In this document: positions 63,301 to 64,000 of the stretch, piece after piece
Layout of the letters: each line of letters begins with the position of its first letter
Position numbering within the stretch: position 1 is the stretch's first letter
NCBI GenBank assembly: GCA_051294375.1
Contig: CM119267.1
Location: 17,650,937-17,714,936, forward strand
Length of the DNA stretch: 64,000 bases
Direction: 5' to 3'
Source of the DNA: Paraspadella gotoi
Lineage: Eukaryota; Animalia; Chaetognatha
Made by a program: the position numbers and the translations under genes
The notes under the pieces: model-generated
What the model saw: only the letters and a program-made list of their open reading frames with translations
What the model was told of the DNA's origin: nothing
Databases searched by the model: none

Positions 63301-64000
63301 ACCACGACAACTGGCGGTTTTCTTCAATTTTATTAACTGCAAAAGCGAATGCCTCGTTTTATCGGTTTTTCGTTTTATCCGCGAATTCCGTGATTCAAAA
63401 ATATCGTGGTATTTTTTTAATACCGTTGGTTAAAAAATAATTTAACTAGTTTTCTTTTTTTTACGATTATTGTACAACCTGATCGTAAACTTTATATGGC
63501 ACTAAAAGGAGTCGAAAAGTTTTCAAAATTTGGTGAATGTTTTATAAAGCAATATTAAAAATATCAAATTGAAATGTTAAATCGACGTTTTGCGTTTTAC
63601 CGCATCAGCGTTTCGTGAATGGCCTCACTTTACACATTGTCTAACTTACCTGAAATTATCCAGAAGAAAGACGCAATAAAAAATAAATAAAGGGAAAAAG
63701 CGAAATGAAATATTTAAATCGTCGCAAAAAAAAGAAGTATTTTAGTCACTTTTAAAAACTACGGAAAATAATCGATAAGTAACGATTTTTTCGATGTCCA
63801 GATCGTAACCGCCTGAAAAAAAAAATCAGGAGACGACGTAAAAAAATAAATGTCTCTCTCTCGTTCACGTTTTCAATTATTTCCCTATTTTTTTTCGGTT
63901 CGAAATGAGAGAAAAAAGTGATTTTTAAAGGTGAAACGAAAAGCGTGACGTTTTGTGAAAAAAAGTGTGTGAACTGTGACTCGTGCGAATGATTTGAAGG

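Overview
Gapped draft assembly of an invertebrate animal genome: AT-rich introns, GC/CpG-rich exons, abundant (GA)n, (GAAA)n and (CGA)n microsatellites, and many 1-nt indel errors. Four spliced genes can be rebuilt by hand. (1) A matrix metalloproteinase on the minus strand (639-4361, running off the left edge). (2) A probable single-pass receptor on the minus strand (14514-31793) with SUEL/Gal-lectin and CUB domains, a stalk, a TM helix, a Cys cluster and a long disordered tail ending in a PDZ-type motif. (3) A divergent MCTP on the plus strand (22885-27462) that appears to be nested antisense inside one intron of gene 2 and uses a GC-AG intron. (4) A ceramide phosphoethanolamine synthase-like CDP-alcohol phosphotransferase on the plus strand (54057-57422). 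Mobile DNA includes a 5'-truncated Ty3/Gypsy element with an envelope-like ORF whose motif order resembles chuvirus-type glycoproteins and which may have its own internal promoter. There is also a perfect 187-bp palindrome carrying a Penelope-type hammerhead ribozyme, Penelope GIY-YIG remnants and an AT-rich foldback family. Most ORFs in the supplied track are microsatellite or gap artefacts. All homology calls come from motif recognition by eye; no database search was run.
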